Under the pieces are notes generated by a model. It saw nothing but the letters and a program-made list of their open reading frames with translations. It was not told where the DNA came from and did no database searches. From Chthoniobacteraceae bacterium (GTDB lineage Bacteria > Verrucomicrobiota > Verrucomicrobiia > Chthoniobacterales > Chthoniobacteraceae), in the NCBI GenBank assembly GCA_040081625.1, contig JBEBGD010000048.1, positions 1 to 38,335 of the forward strand: 38,335 nt of DNA, written 5' to 3'. Of the stretch, positions 8,236 to 16,619 are shown in pieces (within the stretch, counting starts at the first letter, position 1; every line of letters begins with the position of its first letter). The translations under genes were made by a program, and so were the position numbers.

Positions 8236-8783
8236 TCGGCGCCTACGATTTTTGCGGGCACTACGAGTGGACGTTCGAGTGGCTGCGCCAGCAGGGCGGG
8301 CACGAGTTGGTGAAGGCGTATTGGGACGAGGCAATCCGCTGCGACTCGCAGCGCCACGCGACCGCGCTGATCAAGGCCGGGGGGATCGAAGGGATGAAGA
8401 AGTATTGGGCGCACACGCTCGCCGAGGAAGCGGCGGGATATTTCAACACCGCGACCGACACCGTCTTCCGCATCGACATGCACGACTGCCCGTCGAAGGG
8501 CTTCCTCATCCAGAACGGGCTCGTCCAGTTTCACGACTACTGCGATCACTGCATGGGCTGGATCGGGCCGCTGATGAAGGACGCGGGCTTTGTCGTCGAT
8601 CACGAGCACACGCACCGCGGCCAGTGCTGGTGGGAGATTCGCGCAGCGAGCGACGTGTCCGCACCGAGTGCTCCGGGCGCGATGAGCGGTTCTCACGATG
8701 TGCGCCTGCGCGACGACTGGCACGGCCCACTCGACCACTATGAACGAGCCACTGATCCCGATGAGAAGACTTCTGGTGCTTAG
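8232..8783 (+). CDS. hypothetical Cys-rich V4R/ATC-hydrolase-like protein (paralog B)
   Basis: GGAGG RBS and ATGA overlap at 8232. Motifs DFCGHYEWTF...AYW, CP...YCDHC and GQCWWEI, colinear with paralog A. Confidence 0.75.
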   Translation: MIGAYDFCGHYEWTFEWLRQQGGHELVKAYWDEAIRCDSQRHATALIKAGGIEGMKKYWAHTLAEEAAGYFNTATDTVFRIDMHDCPSKGFLIQNGLVQFHDYCDHCMGWIGPLMKDAGFVVDHEHTHRGQCWWEIRAASDVSAPSAPGAMSGSHDVRLRDDWHGPLDHYERATDPDEKTSGA

Positions 8784-9678
8784 CGCGCTGCTCGCAGCGC
8801 AAAGCTTCGCCGCCGACGGCTGGCAGAAGCTGCCGCCGATGCCGGAACCAAGCGGTGGCTTCGTCTGCGGCGAGGAGAACGGGAAAGTCGTCGTGATTGG
8901 CGGCACGAACTGGCGCAACGACGTGAAGCATTTTCTCGCGAGCCGGCACGTCTTCGACCCGGCGACGATGACGTGGGAGAAAGCGGACTCATTGCCTGAG
9001 CCGATCGCTTACGCCGTGAGCGGAGTGTCGGATGGAAAGCTCGTCTGGGCTGGTGGGACAAATGGTGCGGGTAGCGTCCGCCGCGGCGCGGCGATGCCGG
9101 CCGAGGTGATCATCAGTGCGGGCGGTGTGATCGGGGATGAGATCGTATTCGTAGGCGGCACGGACGATGTCGCCGACCTCGCGCACCTCACGCGCGCGGC
9201 GTTCGCGCTGAATTTGAAATCGGGCGCGGTCACGAAGCTGCCGGATTTTCCGGGCAAGTCGTTCGGCACCGCGGCGTCCGCGGTGATCGGCGATCGGTTG
9301 TTCGTCTTCGGCGGGGTGAACTGGAACGGCGACGTTGCGAATACGGCTGACGCTTACGCCTTGTCGCTCGGCGCGCGCGAATGGCGGAAGCTGAAGCCGC
9401 TGCCATTCGCGGTGCGCGGGCTCACCGGAGTCGCGCTGAGCGACACGCGCATTTATCTCGCTGGCGGATACAAAAGTGATGCCGAGGAATTCTCCGACGA
9501 CGCGCTGATCTACGACACGGCGACGGATTCCTACGCGCCAGCGCCACGCCTGCCGTATCGCGCGATGGTGGGCTTGGTGAAGTGCGGCGAGTTCCTTTAC
9601 TGCTTTGGCGGCGAGGACCGGAAGAAATCGCGCACGGACCAGTGCTGGCGCATTCGCGTCGCGGAGCTGCTGCGCTGA
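8761..9678 (+). CDS. secreted Kelch-repeat beta-propeller protein (NanM/mutarotase-like fold)
   Basis: Signal peptide MRRLLVLSALLAAQSFA. Repeated Kelch GG motifs (VVIGG, VWAGG, VFVGG, FVFGG, YLAGG, YCFGG) with W..L..LP ends. Confidence 0.8.
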   Translation: MRRLLVLSALLAAQSFAADGWQKLPPMPEPSGGFVCGEENGKVVVIGGTNWRNDVKHFLASRHVFDPATMTWEKADSLPEPIAYAVSGVSDGKLVWAGGTNGAGSVRRGAAMPAEVIISAGGVIGDEIVFVGGTDDVADLAHLTRAAFALNLKSGAVTKLPDFPGKSFGTAASAVIGDRLFVFGGVNWNGDVANTADAYALSLGAREWRKLKPLPFAVRGLTGVALSDTRIYLAGGYKSDAEEFSDDALIYDTATDSYAPAPRLPYRAMVGLVKCGEFLYCFGGEDRKKSRTDQCWRIRVAELLR

Positions 9679-9692
9679 CCTCCCGCCCCGGT

Positions 9693-9876
9693 GTCATCCT
9701 GAGCGGAGCGGAGGCGGAAGGCGGGCGGAGAGAAGTCGAAGGACCCCGTGGAGCGTTCCTGCGACATGGCCGCGAACGCCGGAGCAATCGTGCATTCGCG
9801 AGTCGCACGAAAATCCCACGGGGTCCTTCGACTGCGCGCCTTTCGCTGCGCGAAGCGGCGCTCCGCTCAGGATGAC
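9693..9876. repeat. nested palindromic intergenic element (REP/MITE-like)
   Basis: Perfect 18-bp outer IR GTCATCCTGAGCGGAGCG (9693-9710 / 9859-9876) and perfect 18-bp inner IR AGTCGAAGGACCCCGTGG (9734-9751 / 9816-9833), between convergent genes. Confidence 0.85.
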
Positions 9877-9882
9877 TTGCGA

Positions 9883-11340
9883 TTACGCGACGATCTCGCT
9901 CACCAGGCGCCCGCCCTGATTGTCCGTCAGCGACATCGCGGTGCCGTTGCGCTTGAAGGTGAGCTTCGTGTGCTCGAGGCCGAAAAGGTGCAGCAGCGTG
10001 GCGTGGTAGTCGTGATTGTTCACGATGTTGTTCACGGCCTTGTGGCCGAACTCGTCGGTCTCGCCGTAGGTCATGCCTGCCTTGAATCCGCCGCCGGCGA
10101 CCCACATCGAGAAGCCGTAGGTGTTGTGATCGCGCCCGACCACGTCGCGCCCGCCGTCATATTGAATGACCGGCAACCGGCCCATCTCTCCGCCCCAATG
10201 CACAACCGTCGAGTCGAGCAGACCGCGCGCTTTTAGATCCATGACAAGGCCCGCGGAACCTTTGTCCACGTATTTGCACGCGGTCGGCAGGCTGCCGTAG
10301 ATGCCCTTGTGGTGATCCCACGTCTGGTTGCCGGTGTAGAGCTGCACGAAACGCACTCCGCGCTCGACGAGCCGCCGCGCGATGAGGCAGCGCGTGCCGA
10401 ATTCCGCCGTCGCAGGATCGTCGATGCCGTAGAGCCGCTTCGTCGCCTCGCTCTCGCCGCTGATGTCGAGCACCTCCTTCGCGGCGGTCTGGAGTTTGCC
10501 CGCGAGCGCGTAGCTGGCGATGCGCGCTTCGAGGTCGCTCTCGCCGGGATGACGCTCGAGATGTTGATGATTCAGCTTGTCGAGAAAGCCGAGGTAGTTC
10601 GCCTGCGCCTCGCCGCGCAGGTGTGGCGCGGGATCGAGATTTGGAATGCGCGGCTCCTGCGAGCGCACGGCGGTGCCCTGGTAAATCGAGGGCAGCCAGC
10701 CATTCGTCCAATGATCGACGCCGAGCACCGGCAGCCCGCGCGGATCGGTGAGCGCGACGAAGGCGGGCAACTCCTGCGACTCCGAGCCGAGCGCGTAGCC
10801 GAGCCACGAGCCGAGCGACGGACGCCCGCCGGTGCTGCGCCCATTTTGCAGCGCGTAGATCGCCTGGCCGTGATTGTTCACGCCGGTCTGCATGCCGCGG
10901 ATGAGCACCACGTCATCGACGATCCCGGCGAAGTGCGGCAGCAGTTCGCTCGTCTCGATGCCGCTCTGCCCGTGCTTGTCGAATTTCCACGGACTGCCGA
11001 GCAGCTTCGTGCTCGCGTGCGCGGCGTCGTCGAACTTCAGGTCGCCCGTGAATTTCTCGCCGCTGTGTTTGGTCAGCTCCGGCTTCGGATCGAAAAGATC
11101 GACCTGGCTCGGCCCGCCTTGCATGAACATGGAGATCATCGCCCGCGCGCGCGGCTGGAACTGCGGACGCTTCGGCAGCAGGTCGTAGTGCTGCGTCTCC
11201 AACTCGATCGGCTTGGCGAGAAGTCCGTCCTGCTTGAGCAGCCACGCGAGGCCCATCGCGCCGAGGTTGAAGCCGCTGCGCTCGATGAAATGGCGGCGGG
11301 AGAAACAGCCGCCGGTGGGCACGTTCGTATCAATCGACAT
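9883..11340 (-). CDS. DUF1501 domain protein (Tat-exported, PVC-expanded family)
   Basis: SRRHF Tat motif, MFMQGGPSQVDLFDPKP, ARRLVERGVRFVQL, WDHH, GEMGRLP and GRDHN. Confidence 0.92.
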   Translation of the reverse strand: MSIDTNVPTGGCFSRRHFIERSGFNLGAMGLAWLLKQDGLLAKPIELETQHYDLLPKRPQFQPRARAMISMFMQGGPSQVDLFDPKPELTKHSGEKFTGDLKFDDAAHASTKLLGSPWKFDKHGQSGIETSELLPHFAGIVDDVVLIRGMQTGVNNHGQAIYALQNGRSTGGRPSLGSWLGYALGSESQELPAFVALTDPRGLPVLGVDHWTNGWLPSIYQGTAVRSQEPRIPNLDPAPHLRGEAQANYLGFLDKLNHQHLERHPGESDLEARIASYALAGKLQTAAKEVLDISGESEATKRLYGIDDPATAEFGTRCLIARRLVERGVRFVQLYTGNQTWDHHKGIYGSLPTACKYVDKGSAGLVMDLKARGLLDSTVVHWGGEMGRLPVIQYDGGRDVVGRDHNTYGFSMWVAGGGFKAGMTYGETDEFGHKAVNNIVNNHDYHATLLHLFGLEHTKLTFKRNGTAMSLTDNQGGRLVSEIVA

Positions 11341-13966
11341 ACAGAAACTGGTTCGAGGTCAGCAGCGCCTGACAGAAGGTCGCGAGCGACTGCATCGCGG
11401 GATCGGCGGGTGCGGGCTCCTTGCCTTTCGCGGGCGCCGCGAGTTTCACCGGATGCGCCTTTAGCGTCGCGGTCTGCTTCGCGACGAAGGCGACGGCGTC
11501 CTTCACATCGCTCGCCGCGGGCTCAACGCCGAAGGCGAGCTGCCATGCGCGCTGCACTTGCGCCGCGCTGTCCGCGCCGGCTTCGCGCACGACGCGCTCG
11601 GCGAAATACTTCGACTGCGTGAGCGTGAACTCGCTGTTCATCATCGCGAGCGATTGCGGTGCGACGGTGGATGCGTTGCGGATTTCGCAGTTCGGCTCCA
11701 TGCGCGGGAGATCGAAGGTCTCGAGCATCCCGAGCGGCTGGCTGCGGCGCATTTGCACGTAGAGGCTGCGGCGGAATTCCTCGCCGTTGAGCGCCACGAA
11801 CTTGCCGGACGGCCGGCCCGCGGTGTCGTTCGTATTCACGCCGACGACGACCTGCCCCGTCTCGTCGAGCATCACCGGCACAGGCGCGCCGAACATCCTC
11901 GGGTTGAATTTCCCGCTCACGCGCAGCATCGCGTCGCGGATCGTCTCGGCTTCGAGCCGGCGCGAATTCATGCGGCCCAGCAGGCGGTTGTCGGGATCGA
12001 GGCGGTCCTTCTCCCCGGTGCGCGCGGACGACTGGCGATACGTGGTCGAGTTGAGGATCACGCGGTGCAGCGCCTTGAGGCTCCAGCCCTGCGCGACGAA
12101 CTCGCTCGCGAGCCAGTCGAGCAACTCGGGATGCGACGGCCGGTCGCCGAGATGCCCGAAGTCACCGAGCGACGCCACGATGCCGCGCCCGAAGTGATGA
12201 TGCCACACGCGGTTCACGAGCACGCGGGTGGTGAGCGGGTGTTTGCCGTCGGTGAGGCTTTGCGCGAGCGCGAGGCGGCGGCCGCTCGTCGGCAGCGACG
12301 GCGACTTCTCCGGGATCGGGCTCGGGCGGAAAGCGGCGAGCACGGTGAGTTCGCCGGGCCCGATCTTCTCGCGTGGCTGATCGATCATGCCGCGCAAAAA
12401 CAAATGCGTCGCCGGCAGCGGCGCGGCGGGCACTTCGCTGAGCACGGGGATGAATTGCTCGACCGGCTTGCGCTTGCGAATCCCGGTCGCCTTCTCGGTG
12501 AAGGCCTTCAACTCCGCCTCGTGCTTCGTCTTGTAAGTGCGGTCGTAGAGATAGAGCGAGCTGGCGCTGAGTTGATTGATCGTCGGGTGATCTTTCAGCA
12601 GCTTGAGTTGCTCGGGCGTGCGCTTCTTCACGTCGGTGCGATACGCCGTGCGCAGCGGCTCGCGCACTTCCTCGGGCTTCGCTTCCAGCTCCCACGTCAG
12701 CACTTTCCCGATGAACTCGTCTTCCTTCACCTTGCGCTCCGCGTCGATGACCTTCGCCTCCTTCTCGACCTCCGCGGCTTTCGCGCGCTCCTCCTCGGTC
12801 ATCAACGACACGAGCCGCGCACCGGGCACGCGCCACTTTTCCACATCGAGCGCGGGCGCGAAGATCGCACGCATCCGGTAGTAGTCCTGCTGCGGCACCG
12901 GGTCGTGCTTGTGCTCGTGGCACTGCGCGCAGCCGACGGTGATGCCGAGCAGCGACGATGAGACGACCTTGATCGTCTCGGCCATCACCGCGTTGCGCGC
13001 CGTCGGCTGATCGTCGGCGGTGGCGCTCGCGGTGCCGTCGGGCACCATGCGCAGGAAGGCGGTGGCGGTGAGCTTGTCGATGTCGTCGGGCGGGAGATTC
13101 TTGAAGGGCTGCTTCACCATCTCGTCGCCGGCGAGTTGCTCGCGGATGAATTGATCGAACGGTTTGTCCGCGTTGAGCGAGCGGATCACGTAGTCGCGGA
13201 ACTTGAACGCCCACGGCCGCGCGGGATCGGTCTCCGAGTAGCCGTCGCTGTCCGAGTAGCCCGCGACATCGAGCCAGTGCCGCCCCCAGCGCTCGCCATA
13301 GTGCGGCGAAGCGAGCACGCGCTCGACCATCCGCGCGTAGGCATCGGGCGCTTCGTCGGCGAGGAAGATCGCGGTCTCCTCCGGCGTCGGCGGCAGGCCG
13401 GTGAGATCGAGCATCACGCGACGGAGCAGCGTCGGCTTGTCGGCCTCGGGATTGAAGGCGAGGCCCTGCGCTTTGAGCTTCGCGAGAAGGAAGGAATCGA
13501 TGGGGTTGCCGATCGAGGGAACAGGCGGGCGCTTGATCGGCTGGAAGGCCCACCACTCGCGGTCCTCCTCGCTCACCCACACCGCCGGCACTTCCGCCGG
13601 CTCGGGACGCGCGGTTTTCGCGCCCTGCGCGACCCACTGCTCAAGCGTCGCGATCTCGGCGGCGGAGAGTTTCCTGCCCTTCTGCGGCATCTCGCCTTCG
13701 CGCACGAGATTGATCAACTCGCTCTCCTCCGGCTTGCCAGGCACGATCGCGACAGCGCCATCACTGCCATGCGGCTCGACTAGCAAACGCCGCAGCCGCA
13801 CATCGAGCCCGGCCTTGAGCTTCTCGCCTTCGCCGTGGCACTGGAAGCAGTGGTGCTTCAGGATGGGCCGGATGTCGCGCTCGTAGGTGAGCTGGCGCAA
13901 CTCGGCACGGGCGAGCGCCGTGAGAAGAAACGCGGCAAGGAATATGAGCGGGCGGCGGAGAGGCAT
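11330..13966 (-). CDS. PSD1/planctomycete cytochrome c domain protein (PSCyt1 + DUF1549 + DUF1553)
   Basis: Signal peptide, CFQCH and CAQCH heme motifs, YGERWGRHWLDVAGY, VNRVWHHHFGRGIV and PSHPELLDWLA. Overlaps the DUF1501 gene. Confidence 0.92.
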   Translation of the reverse strand: MPLRRPLIFLAAFLLTALARAELRQLTYERDIRPILKHHCFQCHGEGEKLKAGLDVRLRRLLVEPHGSDGAVAIVPGKPEESELINLVREGEMPQKGRKLSAAEIATLEQWVAQGAKTARPEPAEVPAVWVSEEDREWWAFQPIKRPPVPSIGNPIDSFLLAKLKAQGLAFNPEADKPTLLRRVMLDLTGLPPTPEETAIFLADEAPDAYARMVERVLASPHYGERWGRHWLDVAGYSDSDGYSETDPARPWAFKFRDYVIRSLNADKPFDQFIREQLAGDEMVKQPFKNLPPDDIDKLTATAFLRMVPDGTASATADDQPTARNAVMAETIKVVSSSLLGITVGCAQCHEHKHDPVPQQDYYRMRAIFAPALDVEKWRVPGARLVSLMTEEERAKAAEVEKEAKVIDAERKVKEDEFIGKVLTWELEAKPEEVREPLRTAYRTDVKKRTPEQLKLLKDHPTINQLSASSLYLYDRTYKTKHEAELKAFTEKATGIRKRKPVEQFIPVLSEVPAAPLPATHLFLRGMIDQPREKIGPGELTVLAAFRPSPIPEKSPSLPTSGRRLALAQSLTDGKHPLTTRVLVNRVWHHHFGRGIVASLGDFGHLGDRPSHPELLDWLASEFVAQGWSLKALHRVILNSTTYRQSSARTGEKDRLDPDNRLLGRMNSRRLEAETIRDAMLRVSGKFNPRMFGAPVPVMLDETGQVVVGVNTNDTAGRPSGKFVALNGEEFRRSLYVQMRRSQPLGMLETFDLPRMEPNCEIRNASTVAPQSLAMMNSEFTLTQSKYFAERVVREAGADSAAQVQRAWQLAFGVEPAASDVKDAVAFVAKQTATLKAHPVKLAAPAKGKEPAPADPAMQSLATFCQALLTSNQFLYVD

Positions 13967-14077
13967 CCTGAAGATCAGAGTGGAGCTTACGCGAAATCAT
14001 CCCCCAACGCCGCGTCCCTTAGCTGGCTGTTGAAATAGCTCCTCGCGCCGGGTCATCCTGCGCGACATCACAACTCC

Positions 14078-15409
14078 ATGATCTCCCGCTCCCTTCCCAC
14101 GCTCCTCCTCGCCTCGCTCATCGGCACGGCTTCATCGCGCGCCCTCGACTTCACCGCCCACGGCAACGCCGTGAAAGTCGCGCCGGGCAGAACAGAGATC
14201 GGCGGACGGACGGTGACGGTCTCCGCACCCGCGACGCTCACCGTCGCGCCCGCGCCGATCATCGACGTGAAGGACGAGGCGGTGAAGCTCTCGACCGACA
14301 AGCCCGTCGGCTGGGCGAAAGGCACGCGGCTTCGCGGCTGCAATGCGCGCGACGTGAATGCCAGCGGCGCCTTCGTCCCCGGCTCGCTCGAAGTGCGGCG
14401 CACCAAGGGCGGCGACCTGCTCCGCGAAGGCGACGACTACCTGCTCGACTCCGAGTGGGGCCACGTCGGCCTCGGCACCGCGAGCGGCGTCACCGCCGCC
14501 GACACCGTCTTCGCGAGCTATCGCGTCTCGCTCCAGCGCATGGACACGGTGCAAGTCGCGCCGGACGGCAAGGCCACGCTCAAGCAAGGCGCGCCGCACA
14601 TCAGCGCGCCGGTGCCCCCCGCGGCCGACGCGGGGAGCATCGCCGTCGCGCACGTCTTCGTCGGCCATCGCGGGACCGGGGTGATGCCGGAGAATATCTA
14701 CCCGATCACCGAGACCGCGGAGCAGGCCCACACCGCGAGCACCGCCGGACGCATCCCGCGGACACTCGCGAAACTCGCGAGCGGTCAGCCCGTGACCATC
14801 GTCTGCTGGGGCGACTCCGTGACCGCCGGCGGCAACGCGTCGAAGCCCGAGCTGCGCTATGTCGATGTCTTCGCCGCCGGGCTGCGCGAGCGCTTCCCGC
14901 GCTCGAAGATCGACGTGCGAAACATCAGCGCTGGCGGCTCGAACAGCCGGCAGTGGCTTGACCCGGAAAAGAATCCCTATCGCGGACTGCGCGGCAGCGA
15001 GAACCCGGCGCGATTCGAGCACATCCTCGCCGCGAAGCCGGACCTCGTGACCATCGAGTTCGTCAACGACTCCGGCCTCACGCCCGCGCAGGTCGGCGAG
15101 ACCTACGCCGAGATCCGCCGGCGCCTCGATCCGGAGAAAACCGAAGTCATCCTCATCACCCCGCACTTCACGATGTGGCGGATGATGGGCTTCAAGACGA
15201 TGCGCGAAACCGAGCGCCGCCCCTACGTGCTCGCGCTGCGCGAGTTCGCGGAAAAGAACCACGTCGCGCTCGCCGATGCCGCCGCGCGATGGGAGCACTT
15301 GTGGCGGGAAGGGCTGCCCTACCTGACGCTGCTCGACAACACGATCAACCACCCCGACGACCGCGGGCACCGGCTCTTCGCCGAGGAGCTGTGGAAGTGC
15401 TTTCGCTGA
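14078..15409 (+). CDS. secreted SGNH/GDSL hydrolase with an uncharacterised N-terminal domain
   Basis: Signal peptide. Block I WGDSVT, block III EFVND and block V INHP. Confidence 0.85.
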   Translation: MISRSLPTLLLASLIGTASSRALDFTAHGNAVKVAPGRTEIGGRTVTVSAPATLTVAPAPIIDVKDEAVKLSTDKPVGWAKGTRLRGCNARDVNASGAFVPGSLEVRRTKGGDLLREGDDYLLDSEWGHVGLGTASGVTAADTVFASYRVSLQRMDTVQVAPDGKATLKQGAPHISAPVPPAADAGSIAVAHVFVGHRGTGVMPENIYPITETAEQAHTASTAGRIPRTLAKLASGQPVTIVCWGDSVTAGGNASKPELRYVDVFAAGLRERFPRSKIDVRNISAGGSNSRQWLDPEKNPYRGLRGSENPARFEHILAAKPDLVTIEFVNDSGLTPAQVGETYAEIRRRLDPEKTEVILITPHFTMWRMMGFKTMRETERRPYVLALREFAEKNHVALADAAARWEHLWREGLPYLTLLDNTINHPDDRGHRLFAEELWKCFR

Positions 15410-15421
15410 GCGGACCGCGCG

Positions 15422-16534
15422 CTACTTCCCGAGCACCTTGCGCAGCACGGGCTCGAAGACATCGGACTGGCGCATGAAGCCGAGGTCGTTCGGGTGCGAG
15501 CCGTCGGTGGCGCCTTCCGAGTCGTCGCCGAGCAGACGGTCGCCGTCGATGTAGTGGAGATTTTCCACACCTTCCTTTTTCAATTCCGCAAAGCTCTTCG
15601 CGAGCGCGGCGTGGTTATCGGTGTGGTGCTTGTCGCGCGCCGGAAGGATCCACGAGTTCGTGTTGCGCCGGTCTTCGACGAGGATGATCGGCGTCTCGGG
15701 GTGCGCGGTGCGGAGTTGATGGACGAGCATACCGGTCCGCGCGCGGACCTCGGCGGCGTTCATGTTCGGCAGGCAGTCGATGACGAACGCGGCGGCGTCG
15801 AGCTTGACGAGAAATTCGCCGACCTCGGGCGCCATCTTGCCATTGCCGGAGAAGCCGAGATTGATCACCGGGCGGAACAGCCGCCGGCCGAGGATCGCGG
15901 TGTGGACCATGCCGGGCCGCGACGCGCACGCGCCGTGGGTGATCGAGGTGCCGTAGAAAACGATCGGCTTCTCGCGCGGCGCGAGGCCCTCGAATTGCGC
16001 GCCGGGCGGCACGCCGATCTCGAGTTTCTCGATGCCATTATAGAGCGGCAGATACGCGGCGTATTCGCGCAGGCCGGGCGCGAGATCGGTGGCGAGCGCC
16101 TGCTTCACGTCCTTGCCGGTCGGCCGGGTGACATTCACCCAGCGCCATTTGCCGCTGCGGTCGCGCCCGTAGAGATCGACGCCGCTGACGCCGGTCGCCG
16201 GCATGTGCGGCATCGCGATCTGGGCGTCCGGTTTGCGCAGCGTGTAGCGCGTCCAGATCGTCGTCGCGTCAGTCTTGAAGCGCGACATCATCCCCGCGCT
16301 GTCCTGGCTCAAGCCCCACACGGCGGCGGTGACTTTTCCCTGCGCCTCGTCGGGCAGCCGCTGAAACCACCGCGTCCGCGGCGCGTCGTTCCAGCCGCGG
16401 CCCTCGAGGCCCCATGTCGTCACGTCGTGCCATTCGAGCGCGGGCTCGGGCGGAGCTTTCGGTGCGGGCGTGGGCTTGGTCTGCGCGTGCAGCGCGGTGG
16501 CGAGTAGGGCGGGAAGGAGCGTGCGGAGGTTCAT
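15422..16534 (-). CDS. secreted SGNH/GDSL hydrolase (GxDLY N-terminal domain type)
   Basis: Signal peptide from ATG 16534. SGVDLY, FYGTSITHG, NLGFSGNG and DGSHPNDLG. Confidence 0.9.
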   Translation of the reverse strand: MNLRTLLPALLATALHAQTKPTPAPKAPPEPALEWHDVTTWGLEGRGWNDAPRTRWFQRLPDEAQGKVTAAVWGLSQDSAGMMSRFKTDATTIWTRYTLRKPDAQIAMPHMPATGVSGVDLYGRDRSGKWRWVNVTRPTGKDVKQALATDLAPGLREYAAYLPLYNGIEKLEIGVPPGAQFEGLAPREKPIVFYGTSITHGACASRPGMVHTAILGRRLFRPVINLGFSGNGKMAPEVGEFLVKLDAAAFVIDCLPNMNAAEVRARTGMLVHQLRTAHPETPIILVEDRRNTNSWILPARDKHHTDNHAALAKSFAELKKEGVENLHYIDGDRLLGDDSEGATDGSHPNDLGFMRQSDVFEPVLRKVLGK

Positions 16535-16619
16535 GGCGCGCGGACGATGAATGCCGAGACGCCGGAGCGCGAGTGTGGATTGTTCATGCGCCCGAAGATG
16601 CGCTACAGCACGCGTCCGC

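Noticed and set aside
9693..9876. CRISPR array or tRNA interpretation of the repeat
   Set aside because: The repeats are inverted rather than direct with spacers, and there is no cloverleaf or cas gene.
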